Shown: one piece after another, positions 31,023-41,618 of the stretch
Position numbering within the stretch: the first letter of the stretch is position 1
Layout of the letters: the number at the start of each line of letters is the position of its first letter
Origin: Minisyncoccota bacterium
GTDB taxonomy: Bacteria; Patescibacteriota; Minisyncoccia; UBA6257; UBA9933
DNA: 64,000 bases
Assembly (NCBI GenBank): GCA_041653755.1
Contig: JBAZEU010000001.1
Span: forward strand, 65,398 to 129,397
Reading direction: 5' to 3'
Made by a program: the position numbers and the translations under genes
The notes under the pieces: model-generated
The model's input: only the letters and a program-made list of their open reading frames with translations
What the model was told of the DNA's origin: nothing
Databases searched by the model: none

Positions 31023-32273
31023 ATGAACCGAACAAAATTAACCTATTTATTAATTTTTATCGTTCTTCTAGCTGCGGTTGCGGCGTTTTTTGTTTATCCT
31101 AATGATTCTTTGAGCAAATTCAGGCCTTGGCGTTTAGGATTGGACTTGGTTGGTGGCACGCGTCTGGTTTACGAAATTGATATGAGCCATGTTAAGGATG
31201 CAGATAAGGGCGTAGTTCTATCTGGGCTTCGCGATGTTATTGAAAGAAGGGTAAATCTTTTTGGAGTAAGCGAACCGCAGGTCACAACCGCAAAAAGCAC
31301 TGACCATTACCGTTTGACAGTTGAACTAGCCGGGATTAAAGATGTGAACAGCGCTATTCAAGACGTTGGCGCGACCCCGTTATTGGATTTTCGGGAAGTT
31401 ATTCTTAACGGTGATGATCTGTCAAAAGCAACTTTTACACCGACTGAATTAACTGGTCGTTATATTAAAAACGCTCAAGTAGAGTTTGATTCGACTACTC
31501 AAGAGCCTGGTGTTTCAATTCAGTTTGATACTGAAGGAGCAAAGATTTTTGAACAATTAACCGCGAAGAATGTCGGTAAACCATTAGCGATATTCTTGGA
31601 TAATGTTCCTATCGAAATACCGATGGTTAAAGAAAAAATCAGCGGTGGACAAGCTAGGATTACCGGTAAATTTACGGTGGCAGACGCTACCAAACTTGTA
31701 GAAAGATTTAATGCTGGCGCTTTGGCCGCTCCGATTACTTTAATCAGTCAGGAAACTGTTGGCGCCAGTTTGGGGAACGAATCATTGATTAATACTTTGA
31801 AGGCGGGTTTGTTGGGCACAATTTTGGTTTTAATTTTTATGGGTTTTTATTATCGTCGATTGGGGCTTGGCTGGTTTTCGGGCATAGCGCTTTTAATTTA
31901 TATTCCGTTAACTTTGGCGATATACAAACTTTTAGGCACTACAATGACTTTGGCTGGCATCGGCGGTTTTATTCTTTCAATCGGTATGGCGGTTGATGCT
32001 AATGTTTTGATTTTTGAAGGCGTAAAAGAAGCCACTAAAAGGGGAGTGGGTTACGGAGCGGCTATTGAAGAAGGTTTCAGAAGGGCCTGGTCGCCAATTA
32101 GAGATTCCAATATAAGTACGATGATTACTTGCATTATTTTGTATTACGCGACCACCGGATTCGTTAAAGGATTCGCCTTAACGCTTTTAATCGGTGTTTT
32201 GGTCAGCATGTTTTCCGCCATCGTAATCACAAGAACAATGTTAAGGATATTTATTAAGCATATCAAAACTTAA
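31023..32273 (+). CDS. secD: Protein translocase subunit SecD
   Basis: LGLDLVGG, RRVNLFGVSEP, IGMAVDANVLIFE, DSNIST. Confidence 0.95.
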   Translation: MNRTKLTYLLIFIVLLAAVAAFFVYPNDSLSKFRPWRLGLDLVGGTRLVYEIDMSHVKDADKGVVLSGLRDVIERRVNLFGVSEPQVTTAKSTDHYRLTVELAGIKDVNSAIQDVGATPLLDFREVILNGDDLSKATFTPTELTGRYIKNAQVEFDSTTQEPGVSIQFDTEGAKIFEQLTAKNVGKPLAIFLDNVPIEIPMVKEKISGGQARITGKFTVADATKLVERFNAGALAAPITLISQETVGASLGNESLINTLKAGLLGTILVLIFMGFYYRRLGLGWFSGIALLIYIPLTLAIYKLLGTTMTLAGIGGFILSIGMAVDANVLIFEGVKEATKRGVGYGAAIEEGFRRAWSPIRDSNISTMITCIILYYATTGFVKGFALTLLIGVLVSMFSAIVITRTMLRIFIKHIKT

Positions 32274-32309
32274 TTTTGATATATCAAGCAAGCTTGCTAT
32301 AAATAATGT

Positions 32310-33209
32310 ATGAATTTTAATATTATCGGCAAAAAAAATATATTTCTTATTTTCTCCGGCGTTATCATTCTCTTGAGCTTGGTTTCTCTCTTTGTTTTCG
32401 GTTTAAAACCGGGTATTGATTTTGCCGGAGGCACTCAATGGCAGATAAAAATTGACAATTCAAGCGTGAACGAAAATACAGTCAAGGATTTTCTATCCTC
32501 TAAATTAAATCTCAAAAATTTCGTTGTTTACCCAACCATAGGCAACAGCAGTTTTTTGATAACCCTAGAAAGTATTTCCGAAGCCGATCATCAAAATTAT
32601 TTAACCGCATTTAAAGACAATTTTGGCAATGTTGAAGAATCAAGTTTTGAAAGCGTCGGGCCAATCGTTGGACAAGAATTGGCGCGTAAAGCGATTTGGG
32701 CGGTTATTCTGGCTATTCTTGGAATTTGTTTCTATATCATTTTTGCTTTCAGGAAAACTTCGTATTTAGTTCCTTCTTTTAAATATGGTTTTGTTGTGTT
32801 GGCATGTCTTCTTCATGACGTAATTGTTCCGTTGGGCTTTCTGGTTTATTTAGGGCATTTTCAGGGAGTCGATTTCAATATTACTTTTGTCGTGGCGTTG
32901 CTGACAATTATGGGTTATTCGGTTCATGACACGATTGTGGTTTTCGACAGAGTCAGATCGAACCTATTGGTTTCCCGCGGTAAGGTGGATTTTCCAAAAT
33001 TGGTTAATGAAAGCGTTAATCAGGTGATGGCAAGATCAATTAATACTTCGGTTACGGTTTTATTCACTTTATTGGCATTATTCTTTATCGGTCCACTTTC
33101 TTTGAAATATTTCTCGCTGGTTTTAACTGTCGGTATAATTTTCGGAACTTATTCTTCTATTTTTGTAGCTGCTCCTCTATTGGTGCTTTGGCAGAAAAGA
33201 TCAAACTAG
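32310..33209 (+). CDS. secF: Protein translocase subunit SecF
   Basis: GIDFAGG, VGP.VG.EL, GYSVHDTIVVFDR, GTYSSIFVA. Confidence 0.95.
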   Translation: MNFNIIGKKNIFLIFSGVIILLSLVSLFVFGLKPGIDFAGGTQWQIKIDNSSVNENTVKDFLSSKLNLKNFVVYPTIGNSSFLITLESISEADHQNYLTAFKDNFGNVEESSFESVGPIVGQELARKAIWAVILAILGICFYIIFAFRKTSYLVPSFKYGFVVLACLLHDVIVPLGFLVYLGHFQGVDFNITFVVALLTIMGYSVHDTIVVFDRVRSNLLVSRGKVDFPKLVNESVNQVMARSINTSVTVLFTLLALFFIGPLSLKYFSLVLTVGIIFGTYSSIFVAAPLLVLWQKRSN

Positions 33210-33272
33210 GATATAACTTAAGAAGGTAATTTGTAGTTGACAAGCCAATTGAAAACTGATAAACTACTAATA

Positions 33273-34313
33273 ATGATTAAGCCATTGAAAGAAATAATCA
33301 GCGGTTTGTTAAAGGACTTAAGCCCTCGTCAAAGAGAAATTATTGAGGGTCGTTTTGGTTTGAAAGGGCATAAAACTACCTTGGCGGCTTTAGGCAATAA
33401 ACATGGATTAACCCGTGAAAGAGTCAGGCAGATAGAAAAAGATGCTCTTGGTTTGGTGCGTAAACAAATCTCACAGGAAAAAGAATTAGAAAAGATTTCT
33501 CGAGCAGTCAATTCTTTTATAAAAAACCTTGGAGGAGTTCGCCGAGAAGATATTTTTGTTACCGACTTCAGGGGATTGGTGAACGATAACAATGTTACCG
33601 CCGATCAAATCAGCTTTTTATTTGAAGCGTTAGGAACTCCTGAATATCACATGGAAGATAATAACTTCTATGGTTTTTGGTATTCGGATAAGCCAACCCT
33701 AAAGAAAGCAACCGGCCTTTCTGGCAAGTTTGAAACTATGATTGCTAAAAAGAAGGAGGATTTAATTACTAAAAGAAATTTGAACCTATTCATTGAGAAA
33801 ATTACCAAGCCGTTAAAAATCAGCGACTTTGTTTTTTCCAATTATCTTTCTATTTCTAAAAAATTCGATGTTAATCCTTACGGCGACTTCGGCTTGATTT
33901 CTTGGGAAGAAATTTTGCCGAAAACCATCAGAGCCAAGGCCTATTTAGTTGCCAAAAAATCCGGCCAGCCGCTCCACTTTAAAAAAATCGCCGAATTGAT
34001 CAACGATATGAATTTCGATAAGAGAAAAGCTCATTATCAGACAGTTCACAATGAATTAATTAAAGATCCTCGATTTGTTTTGGTTGGTAGGGGAATGTAT
34101 GGTTTGACTGAATTTGGCTACGAGCATGGCACCGCAAAAGATGTTATTGCAAGCACTTTGAAGAAATATGGCCCATTAACCTCCAAAAAAATCATTGATT
34201 TGGTCTGCAAGCAGCGGCTTTTGAAAGAAAACACAATTACAATCAATTTGAATAATAAACGATATTTCCGTAAACTAAAGGATGGCCGTTTTCATTTAGT
34301 AGAAAAGGCCTAA
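33273..34313 (+). CDS. Sigma70 region-4-like HTH protein with C-terminal winged-helix domains
   Basis: LSPRQREII..RFGL..TL...GLTRERVRQIE; TVHNELIKDPRFVLVGRG; start from TTGACA-17 nt-TAAACT promoter. Confidence 0.8.
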   Translation: MIKPLKEIISGLLKDLSPRQREIIEGRFGLKGHKTTLAALGNKHGLTRERVRQIEKDALGLVRKQISQEKELEKISRAVNSFIKNLGGVRREDIFVTDFRGLVNDNNVTADQISFLFEALGTPEYHMEDNNFYGFWYSDKPTLKKATGLSGKFETMIAKKKEDLITKRNLNLFIEKITKPLKISDFVFSNYLSISKKFDVNPYGDFGLISWEEILPKTIRAKAYLVAKKSGQPLHFKKIAELINDMNFDKRKAHYQTVHNELIKDPRFVLVGRGMYGLTEFGYEHGTAKDVIASTLKKYGPLTSKKIIDLVCKQRLLKENTITINLNNKRYFRKLKDGRFHLVEKA

Positions 34314-34320
34314 ACCTACT

Positions 34321-35628
34321 ATGTTTTTTACAGAAAATTTACTTACGCTCCTTTTCGGGGTTATTGTTAAAATACTTTCTTTAACGTGGTGGTTCGTTTT
34401 GCCCATTGTTCTTTTCTATTTTTTCTGGAAAAGTTGGCTGGTCTTTATTAAATGGAAGTATGTTCAAAAATTCACATGGGCAACATTGGAAATCAAGATT
34501 CCTAAGGAGGTTTTGAAAACCCCAAAAGCGATGGAGCAAATTTTTTCCCAAATTTACGGTGGAATCTATTCTTACGGTTTCAAGCCCATAGAAAAATATT
34601 GGGATGGAAAAGTGGAAAAATGGCTGTCATTTGAGATAGTCGGACGAGCAGGCAGTATCAATTTTTTTATCTATACTCCGTCGGGTTCTAAGAATTTAGT
34701 GAAATCTTCTATCTACAGCCAATATCCGGATGCTGAAGTTAGCGAGGTAGAGGATTATATGGAAGAATTTCCAGAAATTTTACCGAACCAAACATATGAT
34801 TTGTGGGGCGCGGAGTTTAAATTAGCTAAAGATGCTCCCTACCCGATTAGAGTTTATTCTTATTTTGAAGAAAATCAGGAAGAAAAGAGGATTGATCCTC
34901 TGTCTGCTGTTTTTGAGGCCATGTCTCAGCTTCAAGCTGGTGAAACGATTGTTTTACAATTTTTAGTTGCTCCGACCGGAAAAAGCACGGATGATGGCTG
35001 GATTAAAGAGGGTCAAGAAATTATTGAAAAAATTGCCGATAAAGCAAAAGCGAAAAAAGGTACTCCTAACGCCGCAGCAGAATTTTTAAGAAATTTCGTT
35101 GTGGCGCCAGCTGAATTGCCTGTGTGGGGCGGAGTGAAGTCAGAAAGTAAGGATAGTTTCCCAAAGTTTCTCCGTCCAGACGAGCAGGAAGTAATAAAAG
35201 CGGTTTCCAATAAAATGTCCAAAACAGCTTTTCGGTCAGTTATCCGTTTTGTTTTTATTGATAGGAAAGATAGTTTTTCTCCGGCTAACATCGCAGCGGT
35301 AACAGGAGCTTTCAATCAGTTTAGCACTGAAAATCTGAACACATTTAAACTTACCAGAAAAACTTCGGTTTCTAATTCGTTTTTGATGAGAATTTTCCCC
35401 GATTGGAAAAAGAAGAAGATTTTTATCAAAAAAAGAGAGATATATAAGGATTGCCGAGAAAGAAATATATCGGATGATTTTAATATGGAGAAATTATCTT
35501 TGCTTAATGTCGAAGAGCTGGCTACTGTTTATCACTATCCGATTACCGCAACTGCTTTTGAAGCGCCGACTCTTAAAAGGGTGGGAGCGAAAACCGGCGG
35601 TCCGCCGTCAGAATTGCCGATTGAATAA
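34321..35628 (+). CDS. Membrane-anchored hypothetical protein upstream of the VirD4-like ATPase
   Basis: N-terminal TM, LEIKIPKE..K.PKAMEQ, SFEI, YSQYPD, LNVEELAT.YH.P. Confidence 0.75.
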   Translation: MFFTENLLTLLFGVIVKILSLTWWFVLPIVLFYFFWKSWLVFIKWKYVQKFTWATLEIKIPKEVLKTPKAMEQIFSQIYGGIYSYGFKPIEKYWDGKVEKWLSFEIVGRAGSINFFIYTPSGSKNLVKSSIYSQYPDAEVSEVEDYMEEFPEILPNQTYDLWGAEFKLAKDAPYPIRVYSYFEENQEEKRIDPLSAVFEAMSQLQAGETIVLQFLVAPTGKSTDDGWIKEGQEIIEKIADKAKAKKGTPNAAAEFLRNFVVAPAELPVWGGVKSESKDSFPKFLRPDEQEVIKAVSNKMSKTAFRSVIRFVFIDRKDSFSPANIAAVTGAFNQFSTENLNTFKLTRKTSVSNSFLMRIFPDWKKKKIFIKKREIYKDCRERNISDDFNMEKLSLLNVEELATVYHYPITATAFEAPTLKRVGAKTGGPPSELPIE

Positions 35629-35669
35629 GAACCTTAGGCGAGTGTTTAATATTGTGGTAAAATTTACTT

Positions 35670-37169
35670 ATGGATGAAATTACTTTTTTTGCGGAAACCA
35701 CTTTCCGCGGTGAAAATAAAAAATTTGGAATAAAAACCGACGATCGTCGCAGGCATACATATATTATCGGAAAGACCGGTACGGGGAAAACCACTCTGTT
35801 AGAGAACATGGTTGTTTCCGATATTTTGGCCGGCCGAGGGGTAGGAGTGGTTGATCCGCACGGCGAGTTTGCCGAAAATATTTTAGATTTTGTTCCGGAA
35901 AACCGAATAGACGACGTTATTTATTTTAATCCTGCCGACATTAATCACCCAATACCTTTTAATCCTTTAGAAAAAGTTGATTTAGAATTTCGCCATTTGG
36001 TTGCGTCCGGGATGATGGGAGTTTTCAAGAAAATCTGGCCTGATGTCTGGTCAGCTCGTATGGAATATATTTTAAATAATTCTTTATTGGCGCTATTGGA
36101 ATATCCCGGTTCTACTTTATTAAGCATCATGCGGATTTTATCCGATAAAAGCTACCGCCAGAAAGTGGTTAGTAATTTGCAAGACCCTGTAGTTAAATCA
36201 TTTTGGACAAACGAATTTGCCCGTTATACCCAGCGGTTAGAAACGGAAGCTGTGGCAGCCATTCAGAACAAAGTTGGTCAATTTGTTTCTAACCCTTTAA
36301 TCAGAAATATTGTCGGTCAGACGAGTTCGGCCATTGATATGAGAAAAGTGATGGATGAAGGAAAGATATTAATTATTAATTTGTCGAAAGGAAAAGTCGG
36401 CGAAGACAATTCGGCCCTTCTAGGAGCTATGATGATCACGAAGCTTCAATTGGCGGCAATGTCACGAACCGACATCGCAGCGGAAAAAAGAAGAGATTTT
36501 TATCTTTATGTCGACGAGTTCCAAAATTTTTCCACAGAATCATTCGCCACTATTTTATCCGAAGCGAGAAAATACAAACTTGATTTGATTTTGGCCCATC
36601 AATACCTTGAGCAGCTTGATGAGAAAGTAAGATCAGCGGTTTTCGGGAATGTTGGCACAATAGTCTGTTTTAGGATTGGCGCCGAAGACGCTGAAATGTT
36701 TGAGAAAGAATTTTCTCCAGAATTTATGGCTAATGACTTAGTCAATTTAACCAAGTATAATATTTATATTAAATTAATGATTGATGGTGTGGCTTCGAGA
36801 GCTTTCTCCGCTAAAACCTTGTCGCCATACGTGCAGCCCAACCAATCATTTAAAGATGTTATTATAGAAAATTCTCGCAGCCGTTTTGGTACACCCAGAG
36901 AAAAAGTTGAAGAAAGGATTAATATTGAATTACAGTCCACTTCGGAAATTATGGATGAAAGAATCAGCCGGCGCGACGAACAATCTCTTAATCGGGTTTT
37001 AACAAGCGAACCGCAAAACACGGCAAGATTTGCAAGAACGGAAAACAAGCCTGTTTTTAAACCTAAAAAAGAGGTTAATATTGAAGAATTAAAGGGCGCG
37101 CTTGAACAATCGCTTGATAAGATAACTGAAGAGGGGAAAACAGGGCAAAATCAACCGCCACAGAATTAA
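35670..37169 (+). CDS. TraG/VirD4/HerA-like P-loop ATPase
   Basis: IGKTGTGKT (Walker A), DPHG, LYVDEFQNF, LSEARKY, AHQY. Confidence 0.88.
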   Translation: MDEITFFAETTFRGENKKFGIKTDDRRRHTYIIGKTGTGKTTLLENMVVSDILAGRGVGVVDPHGEFAENILDFVPENRIDDVIYFNPADINHPIPFNPLEKVDLEFRHLVASGMMGVFKKIWPDVWSARMEYILNNSLLALLEYPGSTLLSIMRILSDKSYRQKVVSNLQDPVVKSFWTNEFARYTQRLETEAVAAIQNKVGQFVSNPLIRNIVGQTSSAIDMRKVMDEGKILIINLSKGKVGEDNSALLGAMMITKLQLAAMSRTDIAAEKRRDFYLYVDEFQNFSTESFATILSEARKYKLDLILAHQYLEQLDEKVRSAVFGNVGTIVCFRIGAEDAEMFEKEFSPEFMANDLVNLTKYNIYIKLMIDGVASRAFSAKTLSPYVQPNQSFKDVIIENSRSRFGTPREKVEERINIELQSTSEIMDERISRRDEQSLNRVLTSEPQNTARFARTENKPVFKPKKEVNIEELKGALEQSLDKITEEGKTGQNQPPQN

Positions 37170-37177
37170 CTAAATTA

Positions 37178-37747
37178 ATGCTTTCTTACACCGATTTAAC
37201 AAAAGGAGTTCTATTTATCATGGATGATGAACCATGGGAGGTTTTGGAGGTTCATTTTTTGCGTATGCAGCAAAGAAAGGCGGTAGTTCAGACCAAGATT
37301 AAGAACCTGATAAATGGCAAGGTTTTGGATAGGAATTTCCAGCCTTCCGATTCGTTTGAAGAAGCTGAAATCGAAAGAATGAAGGCGAGATTTTTGTATG
37401 AGAACCGTGATGTCTTTTGGTTCGATGAAGTCGGAAATCCGAAAAATCGTTTTTCTTTTTCAAGAAATGATTTGGGCGATAAGGCCGACTTCTTGAAGCC
37501 GAATATAGAGATTTCGGCAGTTCAATTTAATGAAAAATTTATAGGCGTTGAATTACCGGTAAAAATCGATTACAAGGTTATCGAGACGCCTCCGAGTATT
37601 CGTGGAAATACTGTGTCCGGGGGGACCAAGGTAGCGGTCATTGAAAGCGGCGCGAAAATTAATGTCCCGTTGTTTGTTGAAGAAGGGGATATTATCAGAG
37701 TAAACACGCAAACAGAAACTTACGAAAAGCGGGTGGATAAGGAATAA
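37178..37747 (+). CDS. efp: Elongation factor P
   Basis: MQQRKAVVQTK, PPSIRGNT..GGTK, VPLFVEEGD.I.VNT. Confidence 0.9.
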   Translation: MLSYTDLTKGVLFIMDDEPWEVLEVHFLRMQQRKAVVQTKIKNLINGKVLDRNFQPSDSFEEAEIERMKARFLYENRDVFWFDEVGNPKNRFSFSRNDLGDKADFLKPNIEISAVQFNEKFIGVELPVKIDYKVIETPPSIRGNTVSGGTKVAVIESGAKINVPLFVEEGDIIRVNTQTETYEKRVDKE

Positions 37748-39201
37748 TGCGGTTATACGATATTTTTTTCTTCGCCGCTGTATTTTTTCTCATCGGTATT
37801 TTTCTAGCCAGTTTCGGCTTGAGTTTTTCTATTATTGTTATCGCTACTTTCTTTTCGGTAGCGATTTTTTTGTTTCTTGGCTATTTTAAAAAGAATAATA
37901 GGCGTATTTGGGTTGCTGGGTTGTTGATTTTTGTTATCATCGGATCTTTTTATTATTTATGGGACGATAAGAAATTCCAGAAAACTAATTTAATATTTGA
38001 TCAAAAAACAAGTTTTTCAGGCGTAGTCGTTGCTGTCGATAGAGGCGCGTCTCAAAAAGTAACCGTTAATCTTCAGGGCCCGCAAAAAGGATTGATGTTA
38101 ATCATGGCTAAGTCATATCCAAGTTTTAATTACGGTGATTTAATTAGTTTCGAAGGAGTCGCTAAAAAAACAGATGATTCTTCTTACGGTAATTATCTTA
38201 GAAAAAATAGAATCATTGGCGCTACGGATTATCCTCAAATCACTTTAATAAAAAGTGATCAAGGCAATCTCATAAAAGCCAAGCTTTTAGTTTTCAAAGA
38301 CAAAACTATCGAAGTTTTCCAAAGAATCCTTCCTTCTGAAAAAGCCGCTTTTTTGTCAGGTCTCACTTTAGGCGAAAAAGGGGAGTTTTCTAAAACATTT
38401 AAAGACGTGATGTCTAAAAGTGGGACGACTCATTTGGTCGCTTTATCCGGCTACAACATCTCTATTATTATCACGCTGATTTTTGGTATCTTTCTTTTCT
38501 CTTTCAACATCGGAAAAAGATGGGCATTTGTTTTTAGCGTCATTTTTGTTCTTCTGTTTGTGATGATGACTGGCGGCGAGGCATCAGTAGTAAGAGCGGC
38601 GGTTATGGGCATTATCGCGCTTTTGGCTAAAGAAGTCGGTCGAATTCATAGCTTCAGAAATGCCATAATCTTTGCCGCATTTTTGATGATTTTAGGGAAC
38701 CCAAAGTTATTAACTTTTGACGTTGGCTTTCAGCTTTCTTTTCTGGCGGTTATCGGCTTGGTTTATCTATCCCCAATCATTAAAAATTTGCTTCATTTTA
38801 AGGAAGAAAGTGCGTTCGATTGGCAGGATAATTTTTCATCAACCTTGTCCGCTCAAATAATGGTTGCTCCGCTTTTGATTTCTTATTTTTCCAATTTTTC
38901 TTTTATTTCATTGATAGCCAATCTTCTGATTTTAAGCGTCATTCCGTTGACGATGGCTTTAGGATTTTTAGGAGCGTTGGTCGGTTTTATTTTCTTCCCT
39001 TTGGCAATAATTTTTGGCTGGTTTTTAAATATTTTCTTGTCTTACGAAGTTTTCCTGATAAAGTTTTTCGGAAATATGAATTTTTTTAATATTTCTTCTA
39101 TAAGTTTTTCTCTAGCCGTTATCTATTATGTGATATTGGTGGCTTTCATGATTTTTTATGGGAAAAAATTAAGGGAACAGAAAGTATATGTCCAAGAATA
39201 G
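37747..39201 (+). CDS. comEC: ComEC/Rec2 competence membrane domain
   Basis: SGTTHLVALSGYNI, SVVRAAVM, DVGFQLSFLA. Confidence 0.92.
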   Translation: MRLYDIFFFAAVFFLIGIFLASFGLSFSIIVIATFFSVAIFLFLGYFKKNNRRIWVAGLLIFVIIGSFYYLWDDKKFQKTNLIFDQKTSFSGVVVAVDRGASQKVTVNLQGPQKGLMLIMAKSYPSFNYGDLISFEGVAKKTDDSSYGNYLRKNRIIGATDYPQITLIKSDQGNLIKAKLLVFKDKTIEVFQRILPSEKAAFLSGLTLGEKGEFSKTFKDVMSKSGTTHLVALSGYNISIIITLIFGIFLFSFNIGKRWAFVFSVIFVLLFVMMTGGEASVVRAAVMGIIALLAKEVGRIHSFRNAIIFAAFLMILGNPKLLTFDVGFQLSFLAVIGLVYLSPIIKNLLHFKEESAFDWQDNFSSTLSAQIMVAPLLISYFSNFSFISLIANLLILSVIPLTMALGFLGALVGFIFFPLAIIFGWFLNIFLSYEVFLIKFFGNMNFFNISSISFSLAVIYYVILVAFMIFYGKKLREQKVYVQE

Positions 39202-40048
39202 CACTGTTCTACTTGTAATATTTTTGGCGGTTTTCGATGCTTTTGTCTGGTGGCAGATTATTTTTAACGCGCCGCAGAAAGATAAAAGCGATATTTATTT
39301 TTTGAATGTCGGACAGGGAGATGGTGAATTAGCGGTTTTAGACGGTAATATCAAGGTTTTAATTGATGGCGGCCCAAATAACTCTGTACCCGGCGAACTA
39401 GACAAGGGTTTGCGGTCAACAGACCGTTATATTGATTTGGTGGTTTTATCTCATCCGCAAACAGATCATTTTATGGGCTTGGTAGATGTTTTCAAAAGAT
39501 ATAATGTCGGCGCTTTTATTTTCAGCGGCCGTGAAACAGAAAATGCATCGTTTAAAGAATTAGAAAACATCATAAAACGAAGAAATGTTCAGGTTGTAAT
39601 CCTAGAAGAAGGGGATAGGATTAAACACCTACAAGAAGAATTTGTTGTTCTTGCGCCGGATAAGAATTCTTTAGAAAGTTCAAATGTGAACGATACAACC
39701 TTAGTTTTACAACTAATAAGCCAAAAATTAAAAATTTTATTTACCGGCGATGCCGAAGGCAATATCGAGAAAGACTTGGTCGCCAAATACGGAAATAATT
39801 TAAGAAGCGATATTCTGAAAGTGGCTCATCACGGTTCAAAATATTCTTCGTCAGATGATTTTCTAAGAATTATTGACCCTAAAATATCCGTGATTGAAGT
39901 TGGCAAGAATTCTTACGGGCATCCAACGCCGGAAACACTAAGTCGTTTGGCTAATGTCGGCTCACAAATTTTTACCACCCTTCAAAATGGAACAGTCAGG
40001 GTAACCTTAAAAGACGGAAAAGTATACGTTTTTGTGCGAAAGAAATGA
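39188..40048 (+). CDS. ComEC-associated MBL-fold hydrolase (split comEC C-terminal part)
   Basis: NVGQGD, IDGG, SHPQTDH, FTGD, KVAHHGS, YGHP. Confidence 0.9.
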   Translation: MSKNSTVLLVIFLAVFDAFVWWQIIFNAPQKDKSDIYFLNVGQGDGELAVLDGNIKVLIDGGPNNSVPGELDKGLRSTDRYIDLVVLSHPQTDHFMGLVDVFKRYNVGAFIFSGRETENASFKELENIIKRRNVQVVILEEGDRIKHLQEEFVVLAPDKNSLESSNVNDTTLVLQLISQKLKILFTGDAEGNIEKDLVAKYGNNLRSDILKVAHHGSKYSSSDDFLRIIDPKISVIEVGKNSYGHPTPETLSRLANVGSQIFTTLQNGTVRVTLKDGKVYVFVRKK

Positions 40049-40084
40049 TTGCTTGGGTAAGATAGATTTGGTATATTGAATAAA

Positions 40085-41392
40085 ATGAGGATTTTAATAA
40101 ATCAACTTAAAGAAAAAGTTGGTGAAAAGGTTAAAATTGCTGGTTGGGTGAATACGGTCAGAGATCAGAAAAAGATCAAGTTCATTTTGGTCAGAGACAT
40201 TACCGGTATTATTCAAGCCGTGGCTTTTGGGAACGAAAAATTAATGAAATTGATTGAATCTTTAAGCTTAGAGTCGGTTGTAGAAATTGAAGGGATTGTA
40301 AAGGCAGAGAAACAAGCGCCCGGCGGAATTGAAATTGGCGTAGAAAATATAAAAGTTCTTTCTGAAGCCGCTCCTGAATTGCCGATACCAGTGGTAGAAA
40401 AAACGGCAGGGGAAACAGAAATGCAGAAAAGAATGGATTGGCGTTGGCTTGATCTTAGAAAGCCAGAAAAACAGCTTGTTTTTAAGGTATGGACAGCGAT
40501 GGAACAAGCTTTTAGAAAATATTGTGTTGGGAATAATTATATTGAAATTCATTCTCCAAAACTTATGAGCAGTCCTAGCGAATCTGGAGCTGAATTATTT
40601 GAGGTTAAGTATTTTGATAGAAAAGCTTATCTCGCTCAGTCGCCGCAATTTTATAAACAAATGGCGATGGCTTCTGGTTTTGAAAAAGTTTTTGAAGTTG
40701 GACCGATTTTCAGGGCTAATCCTTCTTTTACATCAAGACATGATACTGAATTTACTGGATACGACATTGAAATATCGTTCGTTGAATCACATTTTGATGT
40801 AATGAATGAAGAAGAAAGATTCATAGTCGAGATGATGAAATCTGTTCGAGAAAAATATGGCCAAGAGATAAAGGATATTTACGGAGTTGAAATCATAGTT
40901 CCTGAAACTCCTTTCCCGAGAGTTACCATGAAAGAAGCAAAAGAAATTCTAAAAAAATTAAAAGTGCCGAGCGAAAGCGAGGGTGATTTAATGCCGGAAG
41001 AAGAAAGAGAGTTGAGTGGTTATATTAAGGATAAAGAAAATCATGAATTTGTTTTTATCACTGATTATCCAAAAACGGTTAGACCTTTTTATCATATGAG
41101 ATATGAAGAGAATCCTGGAATAACAAAAAGTTTTGATTTATTATTTAAAGGACTTGAAATTACTACTGGCGCTCAAAGAGAACACAGATATAATGTTTTA
41201 TTAGAGCAAGCCAAAGAAAAAAAATTAAAACCAGAGTCAATTAATTTCTATTTGAACTTTTTCAAGTATGGTTGCCCTCCCCACGGCGGTCTTGGCTTCG
41301 GTCCAACAAGATTCTTGATGCAATTATTGAATATATCCAACGTAAGAGAGGTCACTTATCTTTATAGAGGAGTGAAACGATTAGAGCCGTAA
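40085..41392 (+). CDS. aspS: Aspartyl-tRNA synthetase, short archaeal/non-discriminating type
   Basis: ~435 aa, no GAD insert; YLAQSPQFYKQ, FRA..S.TSRH, GAQREH, PPHGG.G.G. Confidence 0.9.
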   Translation: MRILINQLKEKVGEKVKIAGWVNTVRDQKKIKFILVRDITGIIQAVAFGNEKLMKLIESLSLESVVEIEGIVKAEKQAPGGIEIGVENIKVLSEAAPELPIPVVEKTAGETEMQKRMDWRWLDLRKPEKQLVFKVWTAMEQAFRKYCVGNNYIEIHSPKLMSSPSESGAELFEVKYFDRKAYLAQSPQFYKQMAMASGFEKVFEVGPIFRANPSFTSRHDTEFTGYDIEISFVESHFDVMNEEERFIVEMMKSVREKYGQEIKDIYGVEIIVPETPFPRVTMKEAKEILKKLKVPSESEGDLMPEEERELSGYIKDKENHEFVFITDYPKTVRPFYHMRYEENPGITKSFDLLFKGLEITTGAQREHRYNVLLEQAKEKKLKPESINFYLNFFKYGCPPHGGLGFGPTRFLMQLLNISNVREVTYLYRGVKRLEP

Positions 41393-41466
41393 AATCGTAT
41401 TTGACAAACTCGTAAAAAGTTATAAAACCGATTGACTTTTTTGAGAGAGAATTCGACAATTAAGGT

Positions 41467-41587
41467 GGTCCTGTCTATAGATTTTCGGATCAAATTGGAT
41501 TTTATGGGAAAGCAAATTTTTTAAACCTCCGGGTTTAAAATGCGCTTACCCACCTGGTTTTAGCCGGAAAATCCGCTAGACAGGGCC
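41467..41587 (+). ncRNA. Candidate rod-shaped ncRNA (6S-like or unknown)
   Basis: Nested complementary segments with G-U pairs favouring + strand; TTGACT-17 nt-GACAAT promoter ending 6 nt upstream; T-run after. Confidence 0.5.
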
Positions 41588-41618
41588 TTTTGGTTTTTAA
41601 GAGATAGATTTTAAGCGG

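Noticed and set aside
41467-41587. SRP RNA or tmRNA identity for the long hairpin
   Set aside because: No SRP domain IV motif and no tRNA-like ends or tag frame.
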